Assembly (NCBI GenBank): GCA_964016885.1
Contig: OZ024741.1
Location: 168,020,001-168,084,000, forward strand
DNA: 64,000 bases
Reading direction: 5' to 3'
Origin: Eledone cirrhosa
Lineage: Eukaryota
A model generated the notes under the pieces. That model saw only the letters and a list, made by a program, of their open reading frames with translations. It was not told the DNA's origin and searched no databases. Position 1 is the stretch's first letter, and every line of letters starts with the position of its first letter. Below, in pieces: positions 38,591-53,075 of the stretch. The position numbers and the translations under genes were made by a program.

Positions 38591-39219
38591 GTAATCCATG
38601 CTGCTGGAATTGGCGACCTGACAAAAGGAATATTGTAAATATAAAGATGGTAAATAGATCGAGGGACCTTCCTTCACGTCTATGTCGACAAGACAATCCA
38701 ACGAGGATACCATCATTTTACCACACTGTGACCACTGGCCACAGCTACACTGGACACTGCCACACTAACAACACTTCATACTTCTACCCTGCTAAAGTGG
38801 TGACCGACGTAAGAATTTAACGCAACCCTTCTTTTTTATTCAGTTGAACTTTTATTGCCACGTTGCCAACCTTTTCGCAACTTGCAAAAATACAATATAT
38901 TCCTAAATTACTCACCTTTTAAACTCTGAAATAATATTATGAAACACTTAGATTTTTGTTTATTTTGATACTAATATTCTCTTCTCACATATAATTAAAT
39001 ACTATTGATTATTTAATAATTAATATAGTAGATATAACATCTCTGTAACAACTAAAACATTAAAAAATATATATATTCACAGTGTATAACTTTATGGTAC
39101 ATAATGTAACATTAGGTCTGCAGTAAATATCTTTTAACTATATTAAATTCGATGGATTGTCTGTGCTAAATATGAATATAGCTTTGTTAAAACTCTATAA
39201 ATTCTAATTCATTTTAGGA

Positions 39220-39375
39220 AAACTACTAGTTTCAAATAACTTTTAATACAAATAACACCATACTTTTTGAACTATGATATTTTTAAAACTATAAATTCCA
39301 AACTATTACTTCCAAATAACTTTTAACACAACTGAGACCATATGTTTTAAACTATGATATTTTTTAAATTATATA
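39220..39375. repeat. Diverged tandem duplication of about 80 bp
   Basis: CAAATAACTTTTAA...AACTATGATATTTTT occurs twice. Confidence 0.8.
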
Positions 39376-39639
39376 TTTAAACTTATTCATTTTGATAAGT
39401 GATAGATATCTGTTTTTTCTTGAGTGATTTGTATTGGTATTTTAATTAAACTCTGATGACACCCATAGTCTATCCTAACTGGTGGCAAATTATTAAGTGG
39501 AACTTTATTAAGGCTGGTGAAACATGCTGGTCTGAAAACACTGTACCCACAACAACTGGCAATACAAAAACTGAAAAAACTCTGGGAAACTAAATCAGAA
39601 CAACCTGCCATCCCCTACACATAATCATAGACTGAAATC

Positions 39640-42506
39640 AAGGTACAAATTGATGTCCTTAAATGCACATAGTCTATGCAATAAGATACATCTTTTTGAC
39701 TCCTACATCAAAAGTATCAACCCTGACTTTATTATGGTCATGGAAACATGGGCACATTCCTTACTCTGTGATGGGGTTTTCAGCATAGCTGGCCACATCT
39801 TGTTTTGTAAAGACCACATTAATCGTCATGGTTGTGGTGTAATGGTCTATGTTTGTCCAAACTTTTCAGCAATTCCTTGTGTTTATTTGAACCAATCGCA
39901 AGAAGTAATTTTATGCGATATACATATGACCATGTCAACACTGCTACTTGAAGTCGTTTACCGTCCCCCAAATTACCATCAGGACACTCAACTTTGTGAT
40001 ATCCTCAGAGCTGCTTCCAGGAAAACAGCCACTTATGTTTTTATTGCAGGGGACTTCAATCACCCTGAGATTAACTGGGAAACCTTTCATTGGCCGCCAA
40101 GTGCTAATGATTTCCTTGAGCTAGTGCTGGACTCAAACAGGTCCCAAGTAGTCACCTCCCCAACAAGAGGTGACACCACTACTCCTGAAATGGTTATTAG
40201 TGTTACTACTGAGGAACCTTTAGGTGACTCTGATCATGCTATGATCATTGCCAATCTGTCCCTCATGGGCAGTAACAAAAACCACAACCATCTCCAAACT
40301 GCTCACTTTGACTGGAATAAAGCAGACTGGAACTGTTACTGCACCGAGCTGCAACGTCCAAACTGGCTTGAATTTTATGACTCTGGAGATGTCAACACTG
40401 TACTCCAGAACATCCTGAACTCAATATGGACAGCATGTGCAGCGTCGGTGCCATGTAAGCAGAAAAAACATCTGAAAAGTGCAATTTGGGAGGCTGCAGC
40501 AGTCCGTCTTGCCAGGAAAGAATGTTGTAATGCTGAATGTGAGTACAAACTGCATCAATCAGATATCAATAAGAAAAAGTGAAATAAATTATTCAACCAT
40601 CTCAAGCAGGTGACAAAAAAAGCAGTGCTTGAATTTGAACAGCGCATAGCAACCAGCCTTGACAGTAAGTGTTCTGGAAGTATGTACACTCAATGTAGAG
40701 GCCTCACTCTCCAGTTGGCCCTCTTCACAATCCCCACACAAGCCAGATTACTGACGACCCCAAGGAATGTGCAGAACTCATTGCTGAATGCTATGCACGC
40801 AATTTCGCTGTTGAAGACCAAAGTGTACCATCTCCACTACCTCTGACATCAGATTCTATAACAACTATGGAATTTACACCTGCTATGCTGCGACGTTACC
40901 TTAAAAAGAAACGACCATGCCTCTCCTGGTCTTAATGGTGTTATGTACCTGCTTCACTGCTGGTGGGTACTTCCTTCTGCAGCAGCTATCACTCTTCTTT
41001 CAATTCTGTCTGAACAACGGTGCTACTCCGGAGCAGTGGAAAACTGCCAGTGTCATTCCTCTGTTCAATAACGGTGACCGCATGTCGCCTGTCAACTATC
41101 ATCAAGTCAGTCTTACTAGCTGCATTGCCAGACTGATGGAATCCTGTGTCAGAGAAACACTTTGGAACTTCTGAAATTCTCACAGTCTTATCTGACCCTC
41201 ACAATTTGGATTTATCTGTAACTCCAGCTGCTGTGATCCACTTATTGAGTTTCTTGAAGACATCACCTGGATCACTGATGGCAGCTCATGGGTGAATGTT
41301 GTTTACCTTGACTTTGCTAAAGTTTTCAATTCTGTGTCACACAAAAGACTTATAGCAAAACTCTCTGCAATGGGTGTGGAGGATGATCTTTTTAACTGGT
41401 TAAAGTCCTTCATTCTCAGTCGAAGGGAGGTAGTCACGGTTCTAGGAGAGCATTCTTCACCATATGAGATGTTTGTGGCATATATTAATGACATAGATGC
41501 CAACTTAAAGAATGCCACAGTACTGAAATATGCAGATGACATCAAGCTGTACCTTGAGATAAAAAGGACAGATCCTGAACACTATAGATCTTTTCTGAAA
41601 TCAGCCATGGACACAATGCAACAATAGATCACGGACTGGCAACTCAAGTTGACTGTGGACAAGTGTACCACCATGCATTTTGGGAGTAAAAACCCAGCGT
41701 CCACATACTCCCTCCACAACACTAATATCAAGAAGTCTTCTTGTGAACGTGACTTGGGCATTACTGTCAGCAGCGATTTGCGTTGGACGAAGCACGTTTC
41801 TAAAATTGTCAAGACGGCCGAGGGTGTCTTAACATCACTCAGCAAGACCTATGTCAGCCACTCTCCAGCTATCTATTTAAATCTGTATATAGCTATGGTG
41901 CGGCCGCACTTAGAATTTTCATCACCAGTCTGGAACCCCTATCTTGCTCAGAACATTGACCGCCTGGAAACTGTTCAGAGACATGCAACCAAGCCAATAT
42001 CCTCCATCAGGCATCTACCATACTCTGAATGCCTTGCTTCCCTGGACATGGATACATTGAATCTCCAACATCTGGCAACTGACTTGGTAAACACACACAA
42101 AATTATTAACCGTCTTGCCAACAACAACCCTGAGCACCTTTTTGATTTCCATGTGTCTAATACACGTGGGCATGCCAACACAGTCAGAAAACAGCACAGC
42201 TCCTATGACTTTTGGAAACATTTTTTGAAGCACAGAATTGCTGAAGCATGGAAAAAAATACCTGCATCAGTTGTAAGCTGTTGAGACACTGCATCCTTTA
42301 AAACCTCCATGCTTCCTGATATTCAACAACACTGCACCTGATGTCCCCCCTACATACACATGCACACATGTATTTCATGACTCGTACACTGTTCATTTTC
42401 TTGACATTTGAACATTATTTTATGTATTACACATGCACCTTTGACGAGTTGTAGTGCACCTGAGCACTGTACACAATAATTTCATTATTATTATTTTATT
42501 ATTATT
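39640..42506 (+). mobile_element. Degenerate CR1-type LINE ORF2 (APE + RT) with (ATT)n tail
   Basis: SLNAHSL, METW, VYRPP, GDFNHPEINW, GDSDH, VYLDFAKVFNSVSH, YADDIKL, ERDLGI, VRPHLEFSSPVWNP. Confidence 0.93.
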
Positions 42507-42507
42507 A

Positions 42508-42701
42508 GGGCGGTGAATTGGCAGTATTGGTAGAGGGTCAGATATGCTTTCCAGTGTAGTTACGTCCCTTTACGATCTCAGTTCAAATCCCGCTGAGGTT
42601 AACTTTGCCTTTCATCCTTACGGGGTCGATAAAATAAAGTACCAGTAAATGGGTAAATGCTGGCCTTGTGCCAAAAGTAGAAACAATTATTTTATTATTA
42701 T
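42508..42701 (+). mobile_element. SINE subfamily A inserted in the CR1 (ATT)n tail
   Basis: Complete copy. TTTTATTATTATTA flanks both sides. Confidence 0.9.
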
Positions 42702-43839
42702 TAAATAAAATAATTTGTTATATGTTGTGTATTACTGTAGGAAGAAACAATTGTCAGTGGTTAAATGCCAAAAGGCATGGTGATTCTGAACTCATGGCCT
42801 AGGCTCTTCCAAGGAGTTGTCATCCTCTCCATCTCTCTTTCCCTTCTATCTTTCTGTTTCTCTTCCTCTCTTGTCTCTTTTGTATCTCTAGTCTGTTTCT
42901 TTCCTAGCTTTCTCTACTACATCTGTATGGCTGTTTAAAAAAAGAAAGCTTGTTATTGTTGCTAAAAGAAAATCACTACAGAATTTTTCAAAATATAAGT
43001 AACTTGTTATTTTGTGCCATCTGATGATATGATAGTATATTGCACATATTGAATTTCATAATATATTAAAATAACATCAACAAATACGTTATTAATAAAT
43101 TGTTTTATTTTTGTGAAAATTATTTTGAAATTTGAAGTATACATACATGCAGAGATAGATAGATAGCTGTATATGTGCATAGATAGATAGATAGCTGTAT
43201 ATGTGCATAGATAAATACATATATAAATAAAAAGATAGATAGGTAGATACATAGATACATACATAGTTCGTAGATATTGGTAAACAGATAGCTAGGTATC
43301 AAATTTTTTGTTTTTATTGTCCAAAGTCGATACATATCCCTGCATAAATACATATGTATGAATAAATAAATATATGTTTGTGCGTATATATGTGTGTGTT
43401 TGTGGATGTATGTATAAATGTATGTCTGTCAGAATGCATCAACATCATCATCATCGTTTAATGTCTATCTTCCATGCTAGCATGAGTTTAGACAGAGCAT
43501 GTATAAATAAATATATGTTGACTTCAATAACAAACATCCAATTTTTACTACTTATCTCAGAACAACAATGTGTGGACAAATTTGAAGAGAATGTAAGACA
43601 ACTATGCAAAGAGCACTACAGTTTGTTTTTTTACTCTTCTGCTTTATCGTTTCCAATTTACACAAAGTGGTTTTTAAGTGACCATCGAGTTTTATTATAA
43701 TAGATACTTGCAAGAATATTAACATTTAGTTTGCTTGGGGCATCAGCAATTCTAGAGACAATTCTGAAAACTCATTAACAAACCTAAGCTCAAGTTCAAT
43801 TTTCAATGTAGGGATTCTTCTCATATTGACAGGGAAACA

Positions 43840-45750
43840 AGAAATACTCAATTAAATTGTGTAGCTCTGGCAATGATTCTCACTGAGCAGCATGGCATTT
43901 ATAGGTAGTGAAGAGATCATATGATCTAAACACATTGGGAATGTTTTTGTAAAATTTATGGAACTTATTTCACAATTTGATTTCCTTCTGATAAAACACT
44001 AGAAACAATTTGGTAATCTTGAAAGTGGTAAGCAGTCATATTTATCACCAATAATCTGTGAAGAAGAAATTGTTCTGTTGATGACAAAATATGTTAAGAA
44101 CCATATCCGACAGAAATTAAAATTCCAAATACCAGATTTGATAGTATATAAGACCCCCACCTAAAAAAAAAATGATAAAAAAATAACATGGGTCTTATGT
44201 GCAAAGTTTAGGTATCTAGTAGGTTAATGATTTTTCTGAATATTCTCTACTGAAATGGAAAGGGAGCTCTATATGGCAGAGGGTACTATCGGCCATCAAA
44301 AATGGTACTTCTCAGTTTCAGTAGATTTGACAATTGACCTGGCCCATGCTGATCAGTTAATAGTTATTGTGTGATATAATGTTTCTAGGAACTCAGTAGA
44401 AAAGTATTTGACTTTCCTGCATGCTGGCTCTCACAAGCCTGAAGTACTAGCCATCTCTTTGCTATTGTTTTTAAAAGATGATGGAATTGATTTTGAAGAC
44501 TGCAGAGGGCAGTTCTATGACATTGCTAGCAATATGTCTGGTCACTATACAGGAAAGAAATCCAGAGTTAAGGATAAGAATCCGGCAGCTGTTTTAATTC
44601 CTTGTGCTGCTAACTCATTGAATCTAGTTGAAAGGTTGCTGCCACATGCTGTAATGGAGCTGTCAGTTATTTTGGCTTCACACATAGGTTATGCACCTTT
44701 CTTTTTCTCCATCGACATGTAGATGGGATGATCTAATGAAGTTTTTGGAAAGTATGAAAAGAGCACTAATTGTGAAATATATGTTAAACACACGTTGGTC
44801 AGCAAGAGCTGAAGCCCTCATAGATGGGTATGACTACATTTAAAATATAATCCGAGATATTGAAAGTGACTTAGAACAAACACCTGAAGCAACATATGAA
44901 GCAGATAAATTGGCATAAAAGTAGATTATCTGAAGGTTGCTCTGATGTCCAAGATCTGGAATTTAATTTGTGTATAATTCAACAACATAAAGATTTTGAA
45001 GGATTTGAAGTTGACCTGATTCTCTAGAAAAGTTTCTAAAACCCTTTTTAGATAGGTGTTAAGTGTTAAAACTGAAAGCCAAGAACTTCTGAACCATCAC
45101 CAACTACAAAGGTAGACCAAAATGACAATGCAAATCTAATATCAGTCTCAGAGGAAATTATTCTTTCCTCAGGAGATAATCTCAGATGCAGGATTTTAAT
45201 GCATTGATATAATTTTAGATAAGTTGTCTTTTGCTTTACAAGAATGCATGTTACCCTATGAATTAGAACAGAAGTTCTTAGGTTACCCTATGAATTAGTG
45301 CATAAGTTTTTATCTCTGCATCAAGTAAACTACAAAATAGTCAAATGTTGTAGTTTATCTGACGCAGAGATAAGAACTTATCACTGCTTTCCCCAATGAG
45401 TTTAGTTATGTGGTTATGGAAGACATTGTCCCTTTTGCAGCTTTTCCCAAACTCAGGTCATGTCTCAGTCCATCTTAAAAGGCAGTGTTACTCCTTCATG
45501 AATGGCTTGCTGATATCTTCCCAAGTGTTGATGTAGTTATTATAATATATTTGATCTTCATAGTTAGTAAGGGTTCAGGAAAGAGGTCATTCAGCAAATT
45601 AGCATGCATAAAAATATAACTGAGAATCATGTTGACCCATAAAATACTAAGTGTTCTCTAGCTACAGGATATAGAGAGCAGTGTTCTGAAGATGATGCTG
45701 TTTGATAAATTCTTTGAAGATATTTCAGATGTAGAAAGAAAGACATTTTA
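43840..45750 (+). mobile_element. Decayed hAT transposase (ZMYM1-like type)
   Basis: SYLSPIICEE, YFSVSVD...DQL, DCRGQFYDIASNMSG, PCAANSLNLV, TRWSAR, RSFSKL dimerisation motif. Many stops. Confidence 0.85.
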
Positions 45751-45920
45751 TAGGTATTGTGGTGATACATATCAGTATAAGTAAGTATAAACTTTAGGGA
45801 ACATTTTGCATTGATAGATGCATTTAATCTTATGTTGGATTTGATACTTGTTGGCCTAGGCTTTTAATATATTTGCTAAATTCTTTTCGACAGCTTTGAC
45901 ATTAACATGTCAGTACATTT

Positions 45921-48910
45921 CATCATCATCATCATCAACGTTTAGCGTCCGTGTTCCACGCTTGCATGGGTTTGGACGGAGGTTTTCCCACTTGAGGCAA
46001 GAGTGATTGTCTTGCTCGCATAGGACTGTCTGGCAGGTTTTCTACAGTTGGATGCCCTTCCTAACACCAACCACATTTACAGTGTGGGTCTGGGAGGTTT
46101 TTACCGTGTTGCCTACACGGCCACATTACAGCGTGGACTGTGTGTTTTTTTGTCGTGACACCTACACGATCTCATTTGTTTCGGCCTGGATGGTGTGGCA
46201 CCAACATAACTTTACATAGAAGGGGGCGGTGTGGATGGGGTGGGGGTGGTGGGACGGGGGTGTATTTTGTTAGAGATGCCTACTGACTGTAGTAGGTTTT
46301 ACTATGTATTTAGGTAAGGCGGGTCTTCTCTATTACTGAGTACCGCCAAAGGTCTCGGTCCAGTGACATTGTCTTGGAGAGGTGTAAGTGTGTGAGGTCA
46401 GAGTTTATCAGCTCGTCCCAGGTTTTTCTAGGTCTGCCTATTCCGTGGCTACCGTCTATCTTTATTGCTCTGCACTTTGTTATACAGCTATCGTCCTTCA
46501 TGCGCATCACGTGTCCCTACCAACGTAGCCTTCTCTCGAGTAAACAACATCTGATCCCTCTTATTTCTAATCTTTTCCTTAGTTCGTTTATGCTTTGCCG
46601 TTCACGTATATTACTATTACACATCCAGCGGAGCATGCAAGCTTCGTTCCTCTCTAGTCTGCGTATATCCTCTGCACACAATGCCCAGGTTTCACTGCCA
46701 TGCAACATTGCTGTTCGTATGCAGGCATCATACAACCTGCCTTTCATTTTTAGGGAGAACCCTTTAGCGGCTAATAGTGGTATAAGCTCTCTGAACTTTT
46801 TCCATCCAGTTCTGACTCTAGCTACTGTACTTTCAGAGCACCCTCCCCCACTGCTGATTTTGTCACCCAGGTAACGGAAGCTGTCCACTATTTCTATAGA
46901 GCCCTCTGCGCAGTTGAAAGAGCTAGTATTGTGTGGGCACTTGCTGCTACTTATTGCACCAGATCACCGGCCACATGTGAAATCTATGTTCTTAGTTACC
47001 TTACCTGTGATCCCACTACATCTTTTATGCACCCATACTTTGCATTTCGGACACAAAATGGAGTTTCTACCTACGCCTTTCCTACACACTGAGCATGGCC
47101 ACTTCCCGGAAGGGACCGCCGCCTTATTTTCTTTCCTACAAACTAGAACTTTGGTCTTAGCCAGGTTAATTTTAAGGCCTTTTGATTCTAGGCCGTGCTT
47201 CCATGTTTGGAATTTCTTCTCTAGCTCGGCCATTGATTCAGCTATGAGTGTTAGGTCATCTGCGTATAGGAGTTCCCATGGGCAGCCGGTCTTGAACTCC
47301 TCTGTTATAGCCTGAAGGGCAATAATAAATAGTAGGGGGCTGAGAACAGAGCCCTAATAGACGCCAACTTTTACGCTAAACTCTTCACTATATTCGTTGT
47401 TAATTCTAACCTTGCTGACTGTTTCTTTATACATGGCTTGTATAGCTCTCACAAGCCATTCGTCAACACCTAGTTTTCTAAGAGCCCACCAGATAATGGA
47501 ACGGGGGACTCTGTCGAAGGCTTTCTCGAAGTCGACAAAAGCTAAGTATAGGGGTTTACTTTTAGCTAGGTACTGCTCCTGTAGTTGTCGTACAATGAAA
47601 AGAGCGTCTGTGGTACTTTTGCCTGACACAAACCCGAACTGCATTTCATCGAGGTCAATTCTCTCTCTGATTAGTTGCGCTATTACTTTTTCCGTGACCT
47701 TCATGACCTGGTCGATTAATTTAATGCCTCTATAGTTGTTACTCCTATCTAGGACATCTCCTTTACCCTTATAACAGTTAACGATGATGCTGCTACGCCA
47801 GTCATTCGGAACAACCCCATTCTGTACGACTTGGTTAACTATCCGGGTGACCATGGTGTGTCCCACCGTGCCAGATGCCTTCAGCATCTCAGCAACTATT
47901 TCCGAAGGCCCAGCTGCCTTACCCGTCTTCATATCCTTGATTGCCTTACTTATTATACTACCCTCGACTAACACTGCTGGTCCCTCTATTGCTTTTTGGC
48001 CTTAATTGACCCCTCCACCTTACTGTTCCACCACCATGTTACTCTCCTCCTGCCTACAGGCCTGCTCCAGCCACAGACTTCGTCTGCCGCCATCAGCAGG
48101 TTTGCTTTCAGGAATTCCCACTGCTCCTCTATATTTTACGACTCTAATTGCTCTTCCTTACTGTCGAAAGCATCAAGTAATTTTAAATTTATTTCTGGCT
48201 GTGGGGTCCTTTAGCTTCCATATTTTTCTCCTGAGGATAGTTCTCTTCTGTTGTCTAGTACGTCTCGTCCTGACTATTAGGTCGCTAATTATCAGTCTAT
48301 GTTGGGAGGTGCATTCTTCATGGGGGAGGGATTTAGTGTTTACAACAGACACTCTGTCACATCTTCTGGTAAGGATATAATCTACCTGGCTTGTGTGTTC
48401 CCCCGATCTATAGGTGATCAGGTGATTGTCACGTTTTTTGAAGTTAGTGTTACAGATAGTTAGGTTATTTGCGTCACAGAATTCCAGGATTCTGGAGCCT
48501 TCCTCATTTCTAGTACCAAACCCATAGCCTCCATGGATTCCGTCGTAGCCGTCACAATGTTGTCCAACGTGACCATTTAGGTCGCCTGCAATAATTATAT
48601 AGTCACTGTCGGTTATTTGGGAGGTAGTGAGCATCAGTGTCTCATAAAATCTGTCTTTTATAGTGCCGGGCAGTCCGGATTGGGGTGCGTACGCAGATAT
48701 TACTGTCACCGTAGTTCTATTGAGGACAAGTCTTATTTTAATTATTCTGTCGCTCACTCTATTTACGTCTATTATCTTATCTGCCCACTTTTCTGCTACC
48801 ATGATTCCTACTCCACCCAGCCCATCGTCATTTCCCACCCAGAAAAGCTTATAGCATCGTTTTTTACCCTCAATGAATCTAGCAGACCCACCCCTCCACC
48901 TGGTCTCTTT
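45921..48910 (-). mobile_element. Second young RTE copy, inverted, with internal deletion and frameshifts
   Basis: Near-identical to 33057-36332 and extends 5' to ETRWRGGSARF. Lacks about 340 bp (equivalent to ~33947-34284) at ~47990. Confidence 0.97.
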
Positions 48911-48984
48911 ATATATAACATTTAACATTTACCTATTGTGTATATATTATGTATATTTCCATTTAACGTTTATGTATCTATCCC

Positions 48985-49722
48985 TATTCCCATATTACAT
49001 TTGGAAAGAAATGAACCCTGCATGCTCTGGTGGAGCTGTAATAGTAATATACATGAATGGCAAAACGTAAATGAACTGAGAGAGAAATTCGGTATAAGAG
49101 GGATTAGATGCAGTGTACAAGAGTGAAGAATGCGTTGGTGTGGCCATATGATGCATATGAAGGATGACAGCTGTATAAAAAGGTGCATGGTGATCAAACT
49201 AGATAGAAGCTATAGAGTAGGAAGGCCTAGGAAAGCCTGGAACGAGGTGATAAAAACTGATCTTGCACATTGAACCTCTCAAAGACAATGAAATAGGATT
49301 GAGATCTTTGGCATTATTCAGTAATACAGAAGCCCTACCTTCCCATGCACATGGGTTTTAGCATACATCTAGTATGCACCACTTAACTGTTATCCTCTCT
49401 CCCCTTTCCATACACATCCCACACTCTAAAACTCCACCCTTCTCCCATGCCTTTACATCCTTTCTCCAGTCCACACTGTAAAGTGGTCATTTTGTTGCCA
49501 TGACAAAAAGCATCCAGCCAATACTGTAAAGTTGCCGTATTGGTGTCATGACAAAAAGTACCCAGCACATACTGTATGTGTTAGGCATAAGGAAGGACAT
49601 CCAAGCCAGAAACAGTTCTGTATGAGAAAAACGGGGTCACGTGACCTGACTTGTTTCAAATGGCACAACCTGTCTAACTCATGTCAACATGGAAAATAGA
49701 CGTTAAATGATGATGATGATGA
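48985..49722 (+). mobile_element. Older RTE 3' fragment with 3' UTR
   Basis: LERNEPCMLWW...NELREKFGIRGIRC, followed by UTR subunits and a (GAT)n tail. Confidence 0.88.
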
Positions 49723-49769
49723 TTTATGTATTATTAATCAGAAAAGCTAAAAGTGGGTTGGAAAGAAAA

Positions 49770-51270
49770 AATAATCTGCTTCTCTGTTTTCAGACACGAG
49801 TCCAAGATTCTGGAGCAAGCAAGAGGTTGAAAACAGTGAGGCGGTGGGTGGAGTGTCCAGTGGAGCAGAAATGTCAGGAGACTGGAAACTGGTTGCTGAG
49901 TTGGATGTTGCGAAGATACTCAATGAACCTGTCCACTACTTGATACAATGTAAACACTACTTGTTCAATGTAAACAGCCTTGCATAGCATGAAATGGAGC
50001 CCATGGATAAGACTAGAGGAGGTGCAGTGGTAGGAGTCCCTGATTTGGAATGATTCATCTTTGGGGTCTATAGTTGGATCTGAGTTGGGGGAGGAAGGGA
50101 GCTGTGGACAAGAATATTTTGGAGGTTGCTTGCATGCTTGAAGGAAGGGAGAGGTGGGAGGAGGCAGATGGTGGAAATGGAGGGGTCTGACTGGAGGCAC
50201 CAAAAGAGCTGGAGTCAGTTGGTGTGAGGACGATAGCATGGAGTGAGGGCAGTGGATTAGTCGAATTCACAGGCACGGGTATTCTTGGGGGAGTGAGGTG
50301 GTGACCATACAGTTGGGGTTGGGGTCAGTGTAGTGAGCAAAGATTGGAGCCTTGACATAGCCAACGAATAAGTTGGCATAGTTGGGGGTCGATTCTCTGC
50401 TCATGGCCATCCCGGTTACCTGTTGGCAGAATTCACCTGAGAAGGAAAAACAGTTGAGAGTGAGGACTAGCCTGGCAAGGTGGAGAGGGTTGAGGGGAGG
50501 AGCAAAGGTTGAGGAAGTGTTGGGGAGGACATTGGCCTTCAGCATGGGAAATGACCATGTAGAAGGATTTGATGTTGAGGAGGAAAAAGAAAAGCATTGT
50601 AGGAGGTGGAAAGATAAACAAGTTGAAGTGGCAGAGGACATGGTTAGTTTTAGATGAATGGGAGGGAAGGGTGGCTACTAGAGGTGTGAGCATGGAGCTG
50701 AGATAGGAAGAGATGAGTTCGGTGGGGCAGTTGCAAGTGGAGACTATGTGGTGGCCAGCAGTCTCTGCTTTGTGGATTTTGGGGAGTAAGTAGATGGTGG
50801 AGGTGCATGGTGTGTGGGTGATGATATTGCTGGTAGTGAGGGTATGAGTGAAGAGATGACAAGTTGTATTATGGAGGATACTTGATGCTAGTATTGAGAG
50901 GCAGGATCTGAGGGCAGAAGATGGAAGAAGAGGGGGTTACAAAGCTGTTTTAGTGCCTGCATCTTGTACAGGTCAGCATGTCACATGACCATGACATCCC
51001 ATTATCTGCTGGTTTGATGATGATGCCATCAGAGTTTCAGAGGGAGTGGACGTCGGCAAGTTCAGCTTGAGAGATATTGCACTGCTGGGAGCATTTACAG
51101 AAGTTGAACCAGTTTGTGGCACTATGGCAGACATCAGAGAATGTGTCTAGGGTGCTGGAGCCCAATGAGAAGGTCACTGGTCCAGGTCCAAGAAGCAGTC
51201 TGAGTAATTTGGAGCCTGTGGTGTTCCATGGAAATGTGCCTGCAGTTTGATGTGGCAGAATAACTTCTAC
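49770..51270 (-). mobile_element. Degenerate Penelope-like (Neptune-type) element
   Basis: QQVTGMAM...PNYANLFVGYV, FQIRDSYHCTSS, LCKAVYI, DRFIEYLRNI. C-rich minus strand. Confidence 0.8.
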
Positions 51271-51415
51271 AGGACGGTTTCATTCATATGAAATCATTGG
51301 GAAAGTCATTTCTATATAAAATAAAGATGCCTATAATCTACTAACATATTGAGTACCATTTTTAACTGTGGTCACCCCCTGATATCCATCAGGAATTCAT
51401 TCATAATTATATATA

Positions 51416-51492
51416 CAGGGTGTCCCAAAAAATATATACACACTTCAACAGCATTCTAATCAAAGTGTGTATACATTTTTGGGGACACCCTG
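51416..51492. mobile_element. 77-bp Tc1/mariner MITE
   Basis: 30-bp TIRs CAGGGTGTCCCMAAAAATRTATACACACTT, with TA on both sides. Confidence 0.9.
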
Positions 51493-51504
51493 TATATATA
51501 TATA

Positions 51505-53075
51505 TGAAAAGGAGACATCTGTACAGGTTCTATGGTGTGAGGGTCACAGGTGGGAAGTGTTCTGGAGTTTGAGGTAGTGTACCAGGGAAACCCATGACAT
51601 TGTAGGAAAAAGTGTGTTTGAAAAGACAGTGGAGTATGCACTCAGACTGATGCCAGAAAGAAAGGGGATCAGAAGTCTTATTATGAGAGATTAATGAATG
51701 AAGGGATAAATGAGAGAGTGTGGGAGCTACCCCATGGAGATCCAACTAAGTGACATGCCTTAAAAACTTGACAGCTGTGTGATAGACAAAGCAGTTAAGG
51801 ATATTAGATAGAGAAGACAGTCTGACCATCTGGCAGAGGTGCCGTGTTGATTAAAACATCTAGCATGATAAGTTTTGAACTAGTCAGATGCAAAATGAAG
51901 TAGTGAAGTATAGTATCATAACCAAGGATTGGTACATCAGTATCATTGTACAAGCATAAAGTAGACATACAAGGGAAAGGTAACTCCAGAGGTTTCAAGT
52001 TGATGGGTTAGGTCATGAAAGTTACTGAAACGGTTATAGCACAACTAATTAGGGACAGAGTTATGTTAGATGAGATGCAATACAACTTTATGCCAGGTAA
52101 GAGTGTTACCAATATCCTCTTTCTGGTGAGGCAACTGCAGAAGTAAATAGCTAAGATTAAACGACTATCCCTGGCATTTGTCGATCTGGAGAAGGCCTTC
52201 AACAGTGTCCCTCATTCTGTAATCTGGTAGGTACTTAGGAAGATAGTTGTAGAATAATGTACTTATGAGAGTTGTACAAGCCATGTATAAAGGTGAAAGT
52301 TGGCAATGAGTACTGTGATGTATTTGAAGTGCAGGTGGTGGTTCACAAAGGCTCAGCACTCAATCAACTTCTGTTTATCATTGTCCTCCAAGTCATTATG
52401 AAGGAGTGCTCCATGGGAACTCCTGTGTGTTAATGTTCTAGTCCTCATAGCTGGATCTTTGGGAAAGTTAATGGTAAAATTCCAGGCTTTGAAGAAAAAC
52501 CTAGAACTGAAAGGCCTAAAAATATACTTAACAAAGACTAAAGTAGGAAGGAAAACAGGAAGCTGATACTATTATGGATGTGGCTGTGTCCGATGTGTCA
52601 TAAAAGGTGGGACAAAAATTCCATAAGGTTCACTCAATGTAATCTATGGATGTACAAGAGATGTAGTGGGATTGCAGGCAGGTTGATAAAGAATATAGAC
52701 TTTGTTTGAGGCAGATACACAGGAGAAGTAAACACTCAGAGCACACACAATTTCCTTAGTTACCAGAAGTTGTTAACTTTTATTACCAAGAGAACCTAAT
52801 CAGATGTAAAAGCAAATGAGTTGAAAGTGTGAAAGCCAGGGTAAGAATGAGCTGTAAAAAGTTTTGGAAATGGGTTCCTCTGTTAACAACAAAAGGTTTC
52901 TTTCTCAGAATGAAAGGTAAACTGTATGATGCCAGTGTACTAACTGCAATGCTTCATGGCAATGAGACCTGCAAAGGCTAGAAAGAAATGAAGTGAGTGT
53001 TTCAATTGATGTGTAATGTTAGTGTGCATAAAGTATGTAGCATAAGCAGAGTGGGAGAAAACTTTGCATATGGGG
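51505..53075 (+). mobile_element. Old degenerate RTE copy of the PHD-bearing lineage
   Basis: LDEMQYNFMPGKS, LAFVDLEKAF, remnant WLCPMC and MYKRCSGIAG, MLHGNET. Confidence 0.85.

Noticed and set aside
48910-48985. Twin-priming inversion between adjacent opposite RTE pieces
   Set aside because: The plus-strand piece is a more diverged subfamily with its own tail, so the two are independent insertions.
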